In this document: positions 63,930 through 64,000 of the stretch, one piece after another | Layout: each line of letters starts with the position of its first letter | Position numbering within the stretch: the stretch's first letter is position 1 | Source: a virus | Lineage: Duplodnaviria; Caudoviricetes | Length of the DNA: 64,000 nucleotides | Virus record (IMG/VR): IMGVR_UViG_2974673286_000001 | Location: 89,269 to 153,268 of that record | Strand: one strand, 5' to 3' | Made by a program: the position numbers and the translations under genes | The notes under the pieces: generated by a model | Told to the model about the DNA's origin: nothing | Databases searched by the model: none | Seen by the model: only the letters and a program-made list of their open reading frames with translations

Positions 63930-64000
63930 ATAGTTACAGTAAGATACATACTATAAGGAGGTGACAGTAGGTGGCACGCAATCAAACTGACAAATCCAAA

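Overview
A 64-kb segment of a large lytic Bacillus myovirus genome (Herelleviridae, Bastillevirinae-like). Gene content resembles the SBSphiJ/Bsp38/phiNIT1/Grass group; this assignment is from my recognition of the proteins, not a database search. Essentially all genes are on the + strand. Left part (1-26 kb): nucleotide metabolism and replication core (nrdE partial, nrdF, redoxin, HU, family A DNA polymerase, UvsY-like mediator, SSB, RecA, late sigma factor, holin, metallophosphoesterase). Two anti-defence genes are embedded in it: Apyc1 (anti-Pycsar MBL-fold phosphodiesterase) and Tad1 (anti-Thoeris signal sponge). Middle: a sporulation-type sigma factor, RtcB, Thg1, and a 6.6-kb terminator-preceded cassette (ParM, ParR-like, M23 peptidase, pilin-like, VirB6-like, FtsK) behind a sigmaE-like promoter. 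Right part (47-64 kb): an early/host-takeover-type region of small genes. It holds a nine-copy intergenic TAGTAGCTC motif array, a candidate minus-strand structured small RNA, repeated strong sigmaA promoter modules with a TTGA-N7-TCAA palindrome over the -35 box, a 38-bp direct repeat flanking a Zn-ribbon gene, and a (CA)5 frameshift. I saw no tRNA, rRNA, CRISPR array, intron or integrase.
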